The notes under the pieces were generated by a model. It searched no databases. It saw only the letters and a list, made by a program, of their open reading frames with translations, and was not told where the DNA came from. A DNA stretch of 64,000 bases, from contig DUOO01000028.1 of assembly GCA_012838795.1 (NCBI GenBank), forward strand, positions 2,324-66,323, given 5' to 3'. Shown here piece after piece: positions 17,571-27,587 of this stretch; within the stretch, counting starts at the first letter, position 1, and each line of letters starts with the position of its first letter. This DNA is from Clostridiaceae bacterium. GTDB taxonomy: Bacteria > Bacillota > Clostridia > Saccharofermentanales > DTU023. The position numbers and the translations under genes are program-made.

Positions 17571-19556
17571 ATGTCAAAAACGGAACGTTATGATAATGAA
17601 AGTATTTTTGCCTTAAAAGGTGCTGATAGAGTCAGATTGCGGCCAAGTGTAATTTTCGGATCAGACGATCTGAATGGCTGTCAGCATTCTTTTTTCGAAA
17701 TATTATCAAATTCAATAGATGAGTCGAGAGCAGGATTCGGTTATAAAATTACTGTGACCAGATTTAAGGACGGCAGCTTGCAGGTAGAAGATGAAGGGCG
17801 AGGCATACCTGTTGATTTCAATGAGAACGAACAACGTTATAATTGGGAATTAGTTTATTGTGAATTGTATGCCGGCGGAAAATATGATCAAAACAGTACC
17901 AATTACGAATTCAGTTTAGGTTTGAACGGGCTTGGTGCATGTGCTACTCAATATGCTTCACGATTTTTTGATGTTCAAGTTGTCAGAGACGGTTTTATCT
18001 ATGAGTTGCATTTTGAAAAAGGAGAAAACATCGGTGGTTTAAAGAAAACTCCGACTAATCGCAGAAAGACGGGTACGATTCAACATTGGTTGCCGGATGA
18101 TGACGTTTTTACCGAAATTAACATTCCGAAAAATTATTTTGAAGATGTCTTGCAAAAACAAGCTATTGTTAATCCCGGTGTAAAATTTATTTTTATTGAT
18201 AAAACTGATCAAACGACAAACGAATATATTTATCCGGACGGTATTTTAGGCTATGTTAATGAGCTTAATACACAAACACCTTTAACAGAAGGATTTCTTT
18301 TTTCAGGTGAAGATTGGGGTAAAGACCGTAGTGATAAAGAAGAATATAAAGTACAGGCAGATATAGCTTTTGCTTTCAACAATGAAACGAATTTGCTCAG
18401 CTATTATCATAATTCAAGTTGGCTTGAACACGGGGGTTCGCCGGATAGAGCCGTACGTAATGCTTTTGTTGCTGAATTTGATCGAGAAATGAAAGAACGT
18501 GACAAGTATAAAAATAATGAATCAAAAATTATTTTTTCTGATATAGAAGACAGCTTGATTTTGATGATCAATTCTTTTTCAAGTTTTACGTCGTATGCAA
18601 ATCAAACTAAAAAAGCAATTAATAACGTATTCATCCAACGTTTCTTAACGAAATTGATACGTGAAAAATTACAAGTTTGGTTTATTGAACAAACAGAGGA
18701 TGCGGAACGAGTAATTGATCAAATACTGATTAATAAACGCAGTCGTGAGAATGCTGAAAAACAGAGGTTGAATATTCGTAAAAAACTGATGGTTTCCATT
18801 GATAATATGAATAATCGGATTAAAAACTTTGTTGATTGTAAATCTAAAGATAACAGTAAACGTGAATTATATATAGTTGAAGGTAATTCTGCTTTAGGTT
18901 CCGTCAAAATGGCACGTGATTCGGAATTCCAAGGAGTGATTCCGGTCCGCGGTAAAATTCTTAATTGTTTGAAAGCGAGCTATAGTCAGATATTTAAGAG
19001 TGATATAATTGTTGATTTGTTAAAAATCCTGGGCTGTGGTGTTGAAATACATAGTAAACATAATCGGGATCTTTCTGATTTTGATTTGGAAAAATTAAGA
19101 TGGAATAAAATTATTATTTGTACTGATGCAGATGTTGACGGATTTCAAATCCGTACATTAATATTAACAATGCTTTATCGTTTAACTCCGACTCTGATTG
19201 ATAAAGGCAAAGTATATATTGCGGAATCTCCTTTGTTTGAGATAACACATACGTTCAAAGGTATTGAAAAAACTTATTTTGCATATACTGATCAGGAAAA
19301 AAATGATATTATCACTAACTTATCAGATGGAAGGATTCATATCCAACGTTCTAAAGGTTTAGGGGAAAATGAACCTGAAATGATGTGGCAAACTACAATG
19401 AATCCCGAAACCAGGCGTCTGATTCAGGTTATGCCTGAAGAGAAAGAAAGAATGTATAATACATTTAATTTATTATTAGGTGATGATTTAGCGGGTCGCA
19501 AAGAATATATAGCTAATCATGGTCATGAATATATGGATATGCTGGATGTAGTATAA
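17571..19556 (+). CDS. parE: Type IIA DNA topoisomerase subunit B (ParE/GyrB paralogue, divergent)
   Basis: GHKL ATPase (EILSNSIDES, GLNGLGACAT), QTK loop (ANQTKKA), Toprim (YIVEGNSALGS, TDADVDG). Confidence 0.8.
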   Translation: MSKTERYDNESIFALKGADRVRLRPSVIFGSDDLNGCQHSFFEILSNSIDESRAGFGYKITVTRFKDGSLQVEDEGRGIPVDFNENEQRYNWELVYCELYAGGKYDQNSTNYEFSLGLNGLGACATQYASRFFDVQVVRDGFIYELHFEKGENIGGLKKTPTNRRKTGTIQHWLPDDDVFTEINIPKNYFEDVLQKQAIVNPGVKFIFIDKTDQTTNEYIYPDGILGYVNELNTQTPLTEGFLFSGEDWGKDRSDKEEYKVQADIAFAFNNETNLLSYYHNSSWLEHGGSPDRAVRNAFVAEFDREMKERDKYKNNESKIIFSDIEDSLILMINSFSSFTSYANQTKKAINNVFIQRFLTKLIREKLQVWFIEQTEDAERVIDQILINKRSRENAEKQRLNIRKKLMVSIDNMNNRIKNFVDCKSKDNSKRELYIVEGNSALGSVKMARDSEFQGVIPVRGKILNCLKASYSQIFKSDIIVDLLKILGCGVEIHSKHNRDLSDFDLEKLRWNKIIICTDADVDGFQIRTLILTMLYRLTPTLIDKGKVYIAESPLFEITHTFKGIEKTYFAYTDQEKNDIITNLSDGRIHIQRSKGLGENEPEMMWQTTMNPETRRLIQVMPEEKERMYNTFNLLLGDDLAGRKEYIANHGHEYMDMLDVV

Positions 19557-19558
19557 AT

Positions 19559-21802
19559 ATGAGTAAAGAAAAAGAATTTAAGATCAATCATTCGGATTAT
19601 GTTGATTTAGTTGAACGTTCACCAATTACCAATACTTTGAAAAGCAATTATATGCCTTATGCAATGAGTGTAATTGTTTCAAGAGCCATTCCTGAAATTG
19701 ACGGTTTTAAGCCGTCGCATCGCAAATTACTTTATACAATGTATCGCATGGGTTTGATGAAAGGCCCGCGAGCTAAAAGTGCGGATATAGTAGGTCAGAC
19801 CATGGCATTAAATCCGCATGGTGATCAAGCCATTTATGAAACAATGGTCAGAATGACCAGAGGTAACGGTGCCTTAATCAATCCCTGGATTGATTCAAAG
19901 GGTAATTTCGGTCGGGTATACTCCAGAGATATGCAATATGCAGCATATCGATATACTGAAGCAAGACTCGACAAGAGTTGTGAAACAATTTTTTCCGGCT
20001 TAAACAAGAATGCAGTTGAATTTGTTGATAATTATTCCGGCACTTTCAAAGAACCGGTTTTGTTGCCTGTAACTTTTCCGACTATTTTAGTAAATGCTAA
20101 TCAAGGCATTGCCGTCGGCATGGCTTCTAATATCTGTTCTTTCAATTTACGTGAAGTTTGTGAAGCGACATGTGCTTTAATTGACGATAAGGAAGCGGAT
20201 CTGTTTCAATATATGCCTGCTCCCGATTTTTCAACAGGAGCAAATATCATCTATGAAGAAGATGTAATGAAAAATGTCTATGAGAACGGTCGCGGTTCGA
20301 TCAAAATGCGAGCAGTTTATCATATAGACACGAAAAATCGCTGTATTGAAATTACTGAAATTCCTTACCCGACTACTGTTGAAGCCATTATAGAAGATGT
20401 AATTAAACAAACTAAAAAAGGCAAGCTGAAAGAAGTTATTAATGTACGTGATGATACTGATCTTAACGGTCTGAAAATAACAATCGATTATCGACCATCG
20501 GCAGATCCCGAATTATTAGTACAAAAATTATTTTCTGTTACGGCAATGCAGAGTAATTTCCCATGTAATTTTAATCTTTTAATAAATGGTAAACCAAAAG
20601 TACTGGGTGTCAGAGATATTATATTTGAATGGCTGGCTTGGCGCCGTGAATGTCTAACAGCCGAATTTACTTTCGAAATCGAAGAAAATCAAAAAAAATT
20701 ACATGTTTTGAAAGGCCTGGAAGTAATTTTACTTGATATTGATAAAGCGATTAAAATCGTGCGTGAAACTGAAAAGGACGATCAGGTTATTCCGCGTTTG
20801 ATGGCAGGATTCTCGATTGATCAAGTGCAAGCTGAAGCGGTTGCTGAAATCAAATTGCGTCAATTAAATAAGGAATATATCCTACGCAGAATAAAAGACA
20901 TTGCTGATTTAGAATCTGAAATTGAACGTTTACATAAGATTATCGGTAATCGCCGAAAGCTGAATCAGGAAATTAAAAAACAATTAAAAGATGTTGCGAA
21001 GAAATATGGCAGAGAACGTTTAACTCAAATAATTTCTGAAGAAAAGATTGAAATAGCAGATGAAGAAGATTTCATAGAAGATTATAATCTCAAATTTTTC
21101 TATACTGCTGAAGGGTATTTGAAAAAAATTGCTTTGACTTCTTTACGCAGTGCAGGTGACTTAAGATTAAAGGAAAATGATCGAATTATTCAAGATGTGG
21201 AAGCGACTAATAAGTCCGAAGTATTATTCTTCACTAATAAAGGTGAAGTGTATAAACTTCCGGCATATGAAATTCAGGATGCAAAACCTTCTGAATTAGG
21301 TGAATATACACCGAATTTATTAGAGTTGGAAACTGATGAGAAAGTTATTGCGATTCATGTCACCACCGAAAAATATGAGGGGTATTTGATTTTGGGTTTT
21401 GCCGATGGACGATGTGTAAAAATTGCGGTGGACAATTATTATACTAAAACAAATCGACGAAAATTGCGAAATGCATTTTATGATGGTTCACCTTTGATCG
21501 GAATACTTTATCAAGATGAAGAAAATTCCGGCAAAGATATCATTGTGCAGAATGATCAGGATAGAATGATTTTAGTCGAAAGTGATCGTATAGGACTTAA
21601 ATCTACCAGAAATTCACAAGGCAACAAAATCATGTCATTACGAGATAATTATCAAGCAGATTATATAGGATATGCTGAACAATTTTCGGGAAAGTATGAT
21701 CTCAATTATTATCGAGTCAGAACTTTGCCGGCAGCAGGCAGATTTATTAAAGAAGAAGATATGTCGGCAAAACAGATGAGTTTAACCGATTTAGGTGATT
21801 AA
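19559..21802 (+). CDS. parC: Type IIA DNA topoisomerase subunit A (ParC-like; no GyrA box)
   Basis: YMPYAMSVIVSRAIPEIDGFKPSHRKLLY. Catalytic-Tyr region AAYRYTEARL. Short beta-pinwheel C-terminal domain without QRRGGKG. Confidence 0.8.
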   Translation: MSKEKEFKINHSDYVDLVERSPITNTLKSNYMPYAMSVIVSRAIPEIDGFKPSHRKLLYTMYRMGLMKGPRAKSADIVGQTMALNPHGDQAIYETMVRMTRGNGALINPWIDSKGNFGRVYSRDMQYAAYRYTEARLDKSCETIFSGLNKNAVEFVDNYSGTFKEPVLLPVTFPTILVNANQGIAVGMASNICSFNLREVCEATCALIDDKEADLFQYMPAPDFSTGANIIYEEDVMKNVYENGRGSIKMRAVYHIDTKNRCIEITEIPYPTTVEAIIEDVIKQTKKGKLKEVINVRDDTDLNGLKITIDYRPSADPELLVQKLFSVTAMQSNFPCNFNLLINGKPKVLGVRDIIFEWLAWRRECLTAEFTFEIEENQKKLHVLKGLEVILLDIDKAIKIVRETEKDDQVIPRLMAGFSIDQVQAEAVAEIKLRQLNKEYILRRIKDIADLESEIERLHKIIGNRRKLNQEIKKQLKDVAKKYGRERLTQIISEEKIEIADEEDFIEDYNLKFFYTAEGYLKKIALTSLRSAGDLRLKENDRIIQDVEATNKSEVLFFTNKGEVYKLPAYEIQDAKPSELGEYTPNLLELETDEKVIAIHVTTEKYEGYLILGFADGRCVKIAVDNYYTKTNRRKLRNAFYDGSPLIGILYQDEENSGKDIIVQNDQDRMILVESDRIGLKSTRNSQGNKIMSLRDNYQADYIGYAEQFSGKYDLNYYRVRTLPAAGRFIKEEDMSAKQMSLTDLGD

Positions 21803-23669
21803 CGAATCGGATATGAATAGTTTTAGGTTCAAAGAAAAACGAAAAACGGGAAAGTATATTTTACTTGCGATAGTATTGCTTGCCATAGTGATCAGTTTGT
21901 TTATAATTGTTCGGTATAATAAGCAATTAGAGTATGAGAATTCATTTGAGTCTTATCTGGATCAGGGTAAATATCAAGAGGCTTTGGAATTGTATCGTGA
22001 AGTACAGAATTCTGCGACTTCCAATAATATAACCGCCGAAGAAAAAGAGCGATACCGTAATTTACAAGCTTCATATGAAAAGATAGTTGAATCCAAGGTT
22101 AATCAAATTTTCGAACGCTTAAAACTGGGTGATAGTTTAAGTTCAGATGACAGCAGATTTATCTCAAGCCTTGAAGAAATAACAGCTGCCGTAGTTTCTC
22201 CGATTTTGAATCGTGAAACTGAAGCCTGGCTTGATCAAAAAATCGATTATGATCATTGGAAACATACTTTGAAATCTTTTCAAAATTTTCCCAACCTTAA
22301 AGTAAATGTCGATAATTTATTGAATCAGGAAGAAAACTTAAAACTCGCAGCGCAGGAATTTGCCGCGGCAACTGATATAAGTAATATTAATGACTGGAAT
22401 CTGGCATGGAAAAAATGGCAAGAAATAGCTAATAACCCGGATTTAGGCAGGTTTGCACAAGATTATGCCGGATATCGCTTGAAAATTTTTCAAGAAGAAA
22501 TTTATCGAGATTTAATAGAGATAGCAGATCGTCATATTTCAGGTGAACGTTATTATTCGGCAAAACAGATCCTTGATCGATTGTTTGATGCATTTCCCGA
22601 TCAGCCGGAAATAATTGATAAATTACAAATTTGTAATGACAAATTACAGAATAGAATAGTTGTTTGGGAAAAGAATGTTGAACATATAGCAGTCAGACCA
22701 TTGACTCTTGATACGGAGCGGGCAAAACTCGGCCCTTATAAAACTTTTGCTGAAACCGGTTTGCTCACACCTAAAGAGTTTGAAAATTTACTAAATGAAC
22801 TATATTTACATGATTATGTTTTGATTACGGGTGAAACATATATGAACTATCCTGAAAATTATCCGCAAGTTTTAATTCCTGCCGGTAAAAAACCTCTGGT
22901 GTTAATTTTCGATCAATATCAATATTCCACTCAATATCGGGAATCCGGTTCGGCAGAGCAGCTGGCTTATGATTCGGAAACAAATAAATTTGTCAGCAGG
23001 TTAAGTGCTGATAAACCTGAAACTGAAGTCGAAAATCAGGATTGTATCAGCATATTGGAAAACTTTATTGCTGAACATTCCGATTTCAGTTTTAATGGTG
23101 CCAAAGCCAGGATTGCACTTACGGTAAATGAAAATATATTGGGTTATACCATTAACGAAGAGCAGACACAGAATATAATTCAAAAAAAGGCTGAATTGGG
23201 TTTAGAAGATTATATATTAACGGATAAAACGGATGAAGAAAAAAATAAGTTTTACCAATTACAATCTAATGATTTGGAAATTGTGATTTCCGCTTTGAAG
23301 GAACACGGTTTTACCTTTTGTAATGGTACTTATAGTGGTGATGATCTGGGATTTCTTTCGTTAGCGGATTTAGAACAAAACATTGAACAATGGAATGCAA
23401 CAACAAAACATTATCTTGGAGAAGTGCCCTGTTTGGTATTTCCGGGTGGTTCACATGTTTACAACGATGAAGAAAAATTTCAATATTTATTGAATTCGGG
23501 ATATTGTACGTTTTATGGTGAAGGACCAAATACATATAACTTCTATGGGAATGCCTATATACATTTTGATTTTACTTCAATTAACGGATTTACTTTGGTG
23601 AATGCTGAACAATGGAATTTAGATCGTTTTATAACAGAGAATTCTGTTTTGGAGGATTGGCGTGATTAA
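21795..23669 (+). CDS. Hypothetical membrane-anchored protein (N-terminal TM, helical repeat-like region, unknown C-terminal domain)
   Basis: TM is YILLAIVLLAIVISLFIIV. No family recognised. Start is GTG 21795 or ATG 21813. Confidence 0.45.
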   Translation: MINESDMNSFRFKEKRKTGKYILLAIVLLAIVISLFIIVRYNKQLEYENSFESYLDQGKYQEALELYREVQNSATSNNITAEEKERYRNLQASYEKIVESKVNQIFERLKLGDSLSSDDSRFISSLEEITAAVVSPILNRETEAWLDQKIDYDHWKHTLKSFQNFPNLKVNVDNLLNQEENLKLAAQEFAAATDISNINDWNLAWKKWQEIANNPDLGRFAQDYAGYRLKIFQEEIYRDLIEIADRHISGERYYSAKQILDRLFDAFPDQPEIIDKLQICNDKLQNRIVVWEKNVEHIAVRPLTLDTERAKLGPYKTFAETGLLTPKEFENLLNELYLHDYVLITGETYMNYPENYPQVLIPAGKKPLVLIFDQYQYSTQYRESGSAEQLAYDSETNKFVSRLSADKPETEVENQDCISILENFIAEHSDFSFNGAKARIALTVNENILGYTINEEQTQNIIQKKAELGLEDYILTDKTDEEKNKFYQLQSNDLEIVISALKEHGFTFCNGTYSGDDLGFLSLADLEQNIEQWNATTKHYLGEVPCLVFPGGSHVYNDEEKFQYLLNSGYCTFYGEGPNTYNFYGNAYIHFDFTSINGFTLVNAEQWNLDRFITENSVLEDWRD

Positions 23670-24597
23670 GAAAAAGGCCGGTTTGGAAATAATTGATATT
23701 AAACCTCGCGGCTATTGTAAGGGAGTAGTTCAGGCATTACGTATTGTAAAACAAACTCGTGATGAAAATCCTGAGGCCGAAATCAGCATTTTGGGAAAAA
23801 TCGTCCATAATCGTTACATTACGGAAGCGTTAAATTATTATAGAATTAAGACAATAGATATTCCGGGATTAACCAGAGAAGAATTATTGGATTATGTCGA
23901 TTACGGTATTTTAATTTTATCTGCCCATGGTACCGGCAAGAAGATAGTTGAAATGGCTGAAGCTAAAGGTCTGACGGTTATTGATGCCGTTTGTAACGAT
24001 GTAGTTTCAACTCATGGTATAATCGATCAGGCTTTTACTCAAGGTAAACAAGTGGTTTTTATCGGTAAACATAATCATCCGGAAACGGAAGCTGTTTTAC
24101 AAAATTATCCGCTGGCAAATCTGATTACTCAAGAATCTGATGTAAACAGTTTAAACCTTGATTCCGACCAAGATATTTTGATTACCAATCAGACAACTTT
24201 ATCAATTATCGAGATTCAGAATATTATTCGGACTATTTTAATTAAATATCCACATGCAGAAGTTAATAACGAAATTTGCGGTGCGACCAGGGTCAGGCAA
24301 GAAGCTATTATAAATCAAACGTCTCTTGACGCATTAGTTGTCGTGGGCGATCCTAATAGTAATAATACAGCTATGTTGGCACAAATAGGGTTAGAGAATA
24401 ATATTAAATATGTAGTAAGGATTGAATCAATTGAGGACTTAGTCTTAGATGATTTTAAGGCAGGTTGGCGTGTGGGTATCACATCAGGTGCGTCAACTCC
24501 AACATATTTAACCGATATGGTATCGCATTATTTGAAAAATGTTGATCTGGAAAAACCGTATGAAAAACCGATAATTGATTTGTCGAAAATAATATAG
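23662..24597 (+). CDS. ispH: 4-hydroxy-3-methylbut-2-enyl diphosphate reductase
   Basis: PRGYCKGV, SAHGT, GKHNHPE, NQTT, ICGATRVRQEA, VVGDPNSNNT. GTG start behind ggagg. Confidence 0.85.
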   Translation: MIKKKAGLEIIDIKPRGYCKGVVQALRIVKQTRDENPEAEISILGKIVHNRYITEALNYYRIKTIDIPGLTREELLDYVDYGILILSAHGTGKKIVEMAEAKGLTVIDAVCNDVVSTHGIIDQAFTQGKQVVFIGKHNHPETEAVLQNYPLANLITQESDVNSLNLDSDQDILITNQTTLSIIEIQNIIRTILIKYPHAEVNNEICGATRVRQEAIINQTSLDALVVVGDPNSNNTAMLAQIGLENNIKYVVRIESIEDLVLDDFKAGWRVGITSGASTPTYLTDMVSHYLKNVDLEKPYEKPIIDLSKII

Positions 24598-24617
24598 TGA
24601 TTTTAAGAGGAAACGAC

Positions 24618-25127
24618 TTGTTAAAACGATGGTATTTAAAGAGTTTAAAGCCTGATTATCGGGTTGAAGATTTATTTAAGATAGACTGGGCCGAGTTTAA
24701 ATCTAAAGGCATCAAATTTGTCTTTTTGGATATTGATAATACTTTAGCCGAACACGGATCAAGACAGGCGGATAAATATGCCAAAGAAGCAGTTGATTTA
24801 ATTAAAAGCTTTGATTTGCAGATTTGTATTTTATCGAATGCTCTTAGCGATCGGATTGCCGATTATGCAAAATCCCTTGATGTTGATTATATGTCACAAG
24901 CCAATAAGCCCGGCATAAAGAAAATCATGCAAAAAATATCGGATCTGAATTTGAGGGCAGATCAAACTTTAATGATAGGTGATCAGATATTTACTGATAT
25001 ATGGGCAGGAAAAAGAGCCGGTTGTGTAACAATTATGGTCAAACAACGTTTTGCAAATGAAGCAATTCAAATCAGATTCAAGAGGAAATTAGAGCAGTTT
25101 TTATTTAATCGTTATGAGAAAGGTTAA
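24618..25127 (+). CDS. yqeG: YqeG-family HAD-IIIA phosphatase
   Basis: FLDIDNTL, ILSNA, GDQIFTDI. Start placed at the TTG at 24618, 7 nt after aagagg (track start GTG 24597). Confidence 0.7.
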   Translation: MLKRWYLKSLKPDYRVEDLFKIDWAEFKSKGIKFVFLDIDNTLAEHGSRQADKYAKEAVDLIKSFDLQICILSNALSDRIADYAKSLDVDYMSQANKPGIKKIMQKISDLNLRADQTLMIGDQIFTDIWAGKRAGCVTIMVKQRFANEAIQIRFKRKLEQFLFNRYEKG

Positions 25128-25298
25128 ACTTAAAAGTAAAATAAGAAAAACCGTAATTACTGCTGAACTTGCATCATAGACTTTATTAATTTAGAATTAA
25201 AAACATCAATTAAGTATTAAAGACTGTTTTGAAATAAATATCATGTAAAGTTGCATACAATCCAGTCTTGGCTCGTAATCGGAGCAAAGGAGGTATAT

Positions 25299-25862
25299 AT
25301 GATTAGTGCTGGAGATTTCCGTAATGGTGTGTCGTTTGAGCGCGATGGTGACATTTTTCAGGTCATTGAATTTCAACACGTTAAACCGGGAAAAGGCGCT
25401 GCTTTTGTCAGAACTAAATATCGCAATTTGAAAAACGGTACAATTCGCGAGGATAGTTTTAATCCTTCCGAAAAATTTAAACGTGTTACTTTAACCAGAA
25501 GAGACATGCAATATCTTTATTCAGACGGGGATTTATATTATTTCATGGATAATGAAACATATGAACAATTACCGATTTCTGCTGCAATTTTAGGAGATAG
25601 CTTAAATCTGCTAAAAGAAGGTACAACTTGTCATGTAGTTTCTTATGAAGGTGAAATTATTAATGTTGAATTACCGATTTTTGTAGAACTCTTAATAACG
25701 CAATGCGAACCTGCAGTCAAAGGAGACACGGCTACAAATGCAACTAAGACTGCAATTGTAGAAACAGGTGCGGAAATTAAAGTTCCTTTATTTGTTAATC
25801 AAGGTGATGTGATTAAAGTTGATACACGCAGTGGTGCCTATGAAGAAAGAGTGCGTAATTAG
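25299..25862 (+). CDS. efp: Elongation factor P
   Basis: MISAGDFRNG...FQHVKPGKGAAFVRTKYRNLKNG. Start at the ATG after aaggagg (track start 25251). Confidence 0.95.
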   Translation: MISAGDFRNGVSFERDGDIFQVIEFQHVKPGKGAAFVRTKYRNLKNGTIREDSFNPSEKFKRVTLTRRDMQYLYSDGDLYYFMDNETYEQLPISAAILGDSLNLLKEGTTCHVVSYEGEIINVELPIFVELLITQCEPAVKGDTATNATKTAIVETGAEIKVPLFVNQGDVIKVDTRSGAYEERVRN

Positions 25863-25889
25863 AATCTGATAATTCGTACGGTAAAGATT

Positions 25890-26255
25890 ATGCCATATTT
25901 AACAGACAATTCGATTAAAGGTGAACGTACAATGTCACAAGGTTTTGTCGCACAATATGCTGCTGAAGCGGCTCGGCAAATTGAAGGTGTACTTGACCTT
26001 GATTCAGGTGTTTTAGTAAGTATCAAAGAAGCCTTTGGTGTTAAGCATGATGGCCGGGGTGTGAAGGTCGAATTCGGTGTTGACAATTCGGAATTTGTTA
26101 CCATAACAATTTACCCTATTTGTAAGTTTGGCTATGTCTTGCCTGAAGTTGCGTGGAATATCCAAGAAAAAGTAAAAGCGGACGTTGAATTGTATACAGG
26201 ATTAATTGTTGATTTTGTACATGTTCAGGTGATGGGTGTTAAAGCCGAATCCTGA
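25890..26255 (+). CDS. Asp23/Gls24-family envelope stress protein
   Basis: FVAQYAAEAARQIEGV ... VAWNIQEKVKADVELYTGL. Confidence 0.8.
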   Translation: MPYLTDNSIKGERTMSQGFVAQYAAEAARQIEGVLDLDSGVLVSIKEAFGVKHDGRGVKVEFGVDNSEFVTITIYPICKFGYVLPEVAWNIQEKVKADVELYTGLIVDFVHVQVMGVKAES

Positions 26256-26305
26256 ACAATTATCTCGGCAACTATCGGTAACTGATTGAAAGAACAGTGT
26301 GAGGA

Positions 26306-26860
26306 ATGGGTATGGGTCGTTTTGTACGTATTGTAAACATAATATTGTATTTTTTTCTGTCATTAATGTCTTTGTTAGGAATTGCAATTTTACTTAGCGA
26401 GGAATTAATGAGCGGTGCAATTACTTTGTTAGTACGAATAGTAAGTAAGCCACGCAGCAAAATTATTTTTGTAATTATATTCTGTATTCTGTTTATAGGA
26501 GCTATTACCAGTTTGGTCAATAATATTTTATCAGGCAGATTACGTCGAGCCAGAGTAACTGAAAGTCAAATGGGCTCAATTGATATCGGTATCGATGCGA
26601 TAGAGAGTGTTGCGCTTAATGCTGCACAATCTGCTCAAGCCGGTGTTAAAGCTGCCAAAGCGCATATTGCGCCGTTTAAGGGGGATAGACTTTCTGTGCG
26701 GCTTAGCGTTATGGCTTATTCTAATGTTGAATTACCTGCGATGATGGCAAGAGTTCAGGAAAGAGTTAAGAAAGATGTTGAACGGTATACCGGTATTGAA
26801 GTTGCAGAAGTGATTATACGGGTAAGTCGGGTAGATACAATTGCAGCAAGGATCGAGTGA
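26306..26860 (+). CDS. amaP: Alkaline-shock-response membrane anchor protein (AmaP-like)
   Basis: Two N-terminal TM helices followed by an Asp23-like domain (ARVQERVKKDVERYTGIEV). Sits directly after asp23. Confidence 0.55.
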   Translation: MGMGRFVRIVNIILYFFLSLMSLLGIAILLSEELMSGAITLLVRIVSKPRSKIIFVIIFCILFIGAITSLVNNILSGRLRRARVTESQMGSIDIGIDAIESVALNAAQSAQAGVKAAKAHIAPFKGDRLSVRLSVMAYSNVELPAMMARVQERVKKDVERYTGIEVAEVIIRVSRVDTIAARIE

Positions 26861-26876
26861 TCAAATAGGAGGCTAC

Positions 26877-27122
26877 ATGCGCGATAAGAAAAACATTTTT
26901 TCCGCTCTGTTAGACCATTTGAATACCGGAGGTTCAGGTATAAAAGGAGCAATTTCAGGGTTTGTCATTGCTTTATTGCTGGTTCTTTTCGGTTTGTTAA
27001 GGACCTTGTTTATTTTGATTATCACGATAATCGGATATTATATCGGTGTTAGATATTTTTCTGATGAAAAATCGATAAAAGAACTGTTGGATCGAATTTT
27101 TCCGCCGGGAAGATTCAGATGA
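26877..27122 (+). CDS. DUF2273-family small membrane protein
   Basis: GAISGFVIALLLVLFGLLRTLFILIITIIGYYIG. Third member of the asp23 module. ATG after aggagg (track start 26841). Confidence 0.5.
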   Translation: MRDKKNIFSALLDHLNTGGSGIKGAISGFVIALLLVLFGLLRTLFILIITIIGYYIGVRYFSDEKSIKELLDRIFPPGRFR

Positions 27123-27167
27123 GTTATATTTTTCTCGATGATTCGCTAACATAGTTTGGAGAGATAA

Positions 27168-27587
27168 GTGAAACGTAGTTTAGTAAGAGAATATGCTTTT
27201 ATGTTTTTATTTCAAATTGAGATTCAACCGGAAAACGTTGATGAGCAAATGAAAAACTTTTTAGCTAACTATCCTGTTTCCGACCGACAAATGGATTTTT
27301 TTGAAACACGAATAAATGGAGTAATTTCAGAGAAAAAAGTTCTGGATAATATTCTTGAACCTTTTTTGGTTAAATGGACCTTGGATAGATTACCAAAAGT
27401 AGATTTAACAATCCTGCGTTTAGCAATTTATGAAATGAAATATATGGAAGACATTCCGAATAATGTTGCAATTTCTGAAGCTGTACGTTTAGCAAAAACT
27501 TATAGCGGGGATGATTCACGTTCATATATTAATGCAATTCTCGGCAATATTGACCGAGAAATTCTAAAAGAGAGCAAGTCAGAATGA
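27168..27587 (+). CDS. nusB: Transcription antitermination factor NusB
   Basis: REYAFMFLFQ ... LRLAIYEM ... INEAV-like ISEAVRLAK ... FINAILG-like YINAILGNI. GTG start. Confidence 0.85.
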   Translation: MKRSLVREYAFMFLFQIEIQPENVDEQMKNFLANYPVSDRQMDFFETRINGVISEKKVLDNILEPFLVKWTLDRLPKVDLTILRLAIYEMKYMEDIPNNVAISEAVRLAKTYSGDDSRSYINAILGNIDREILKESKSE

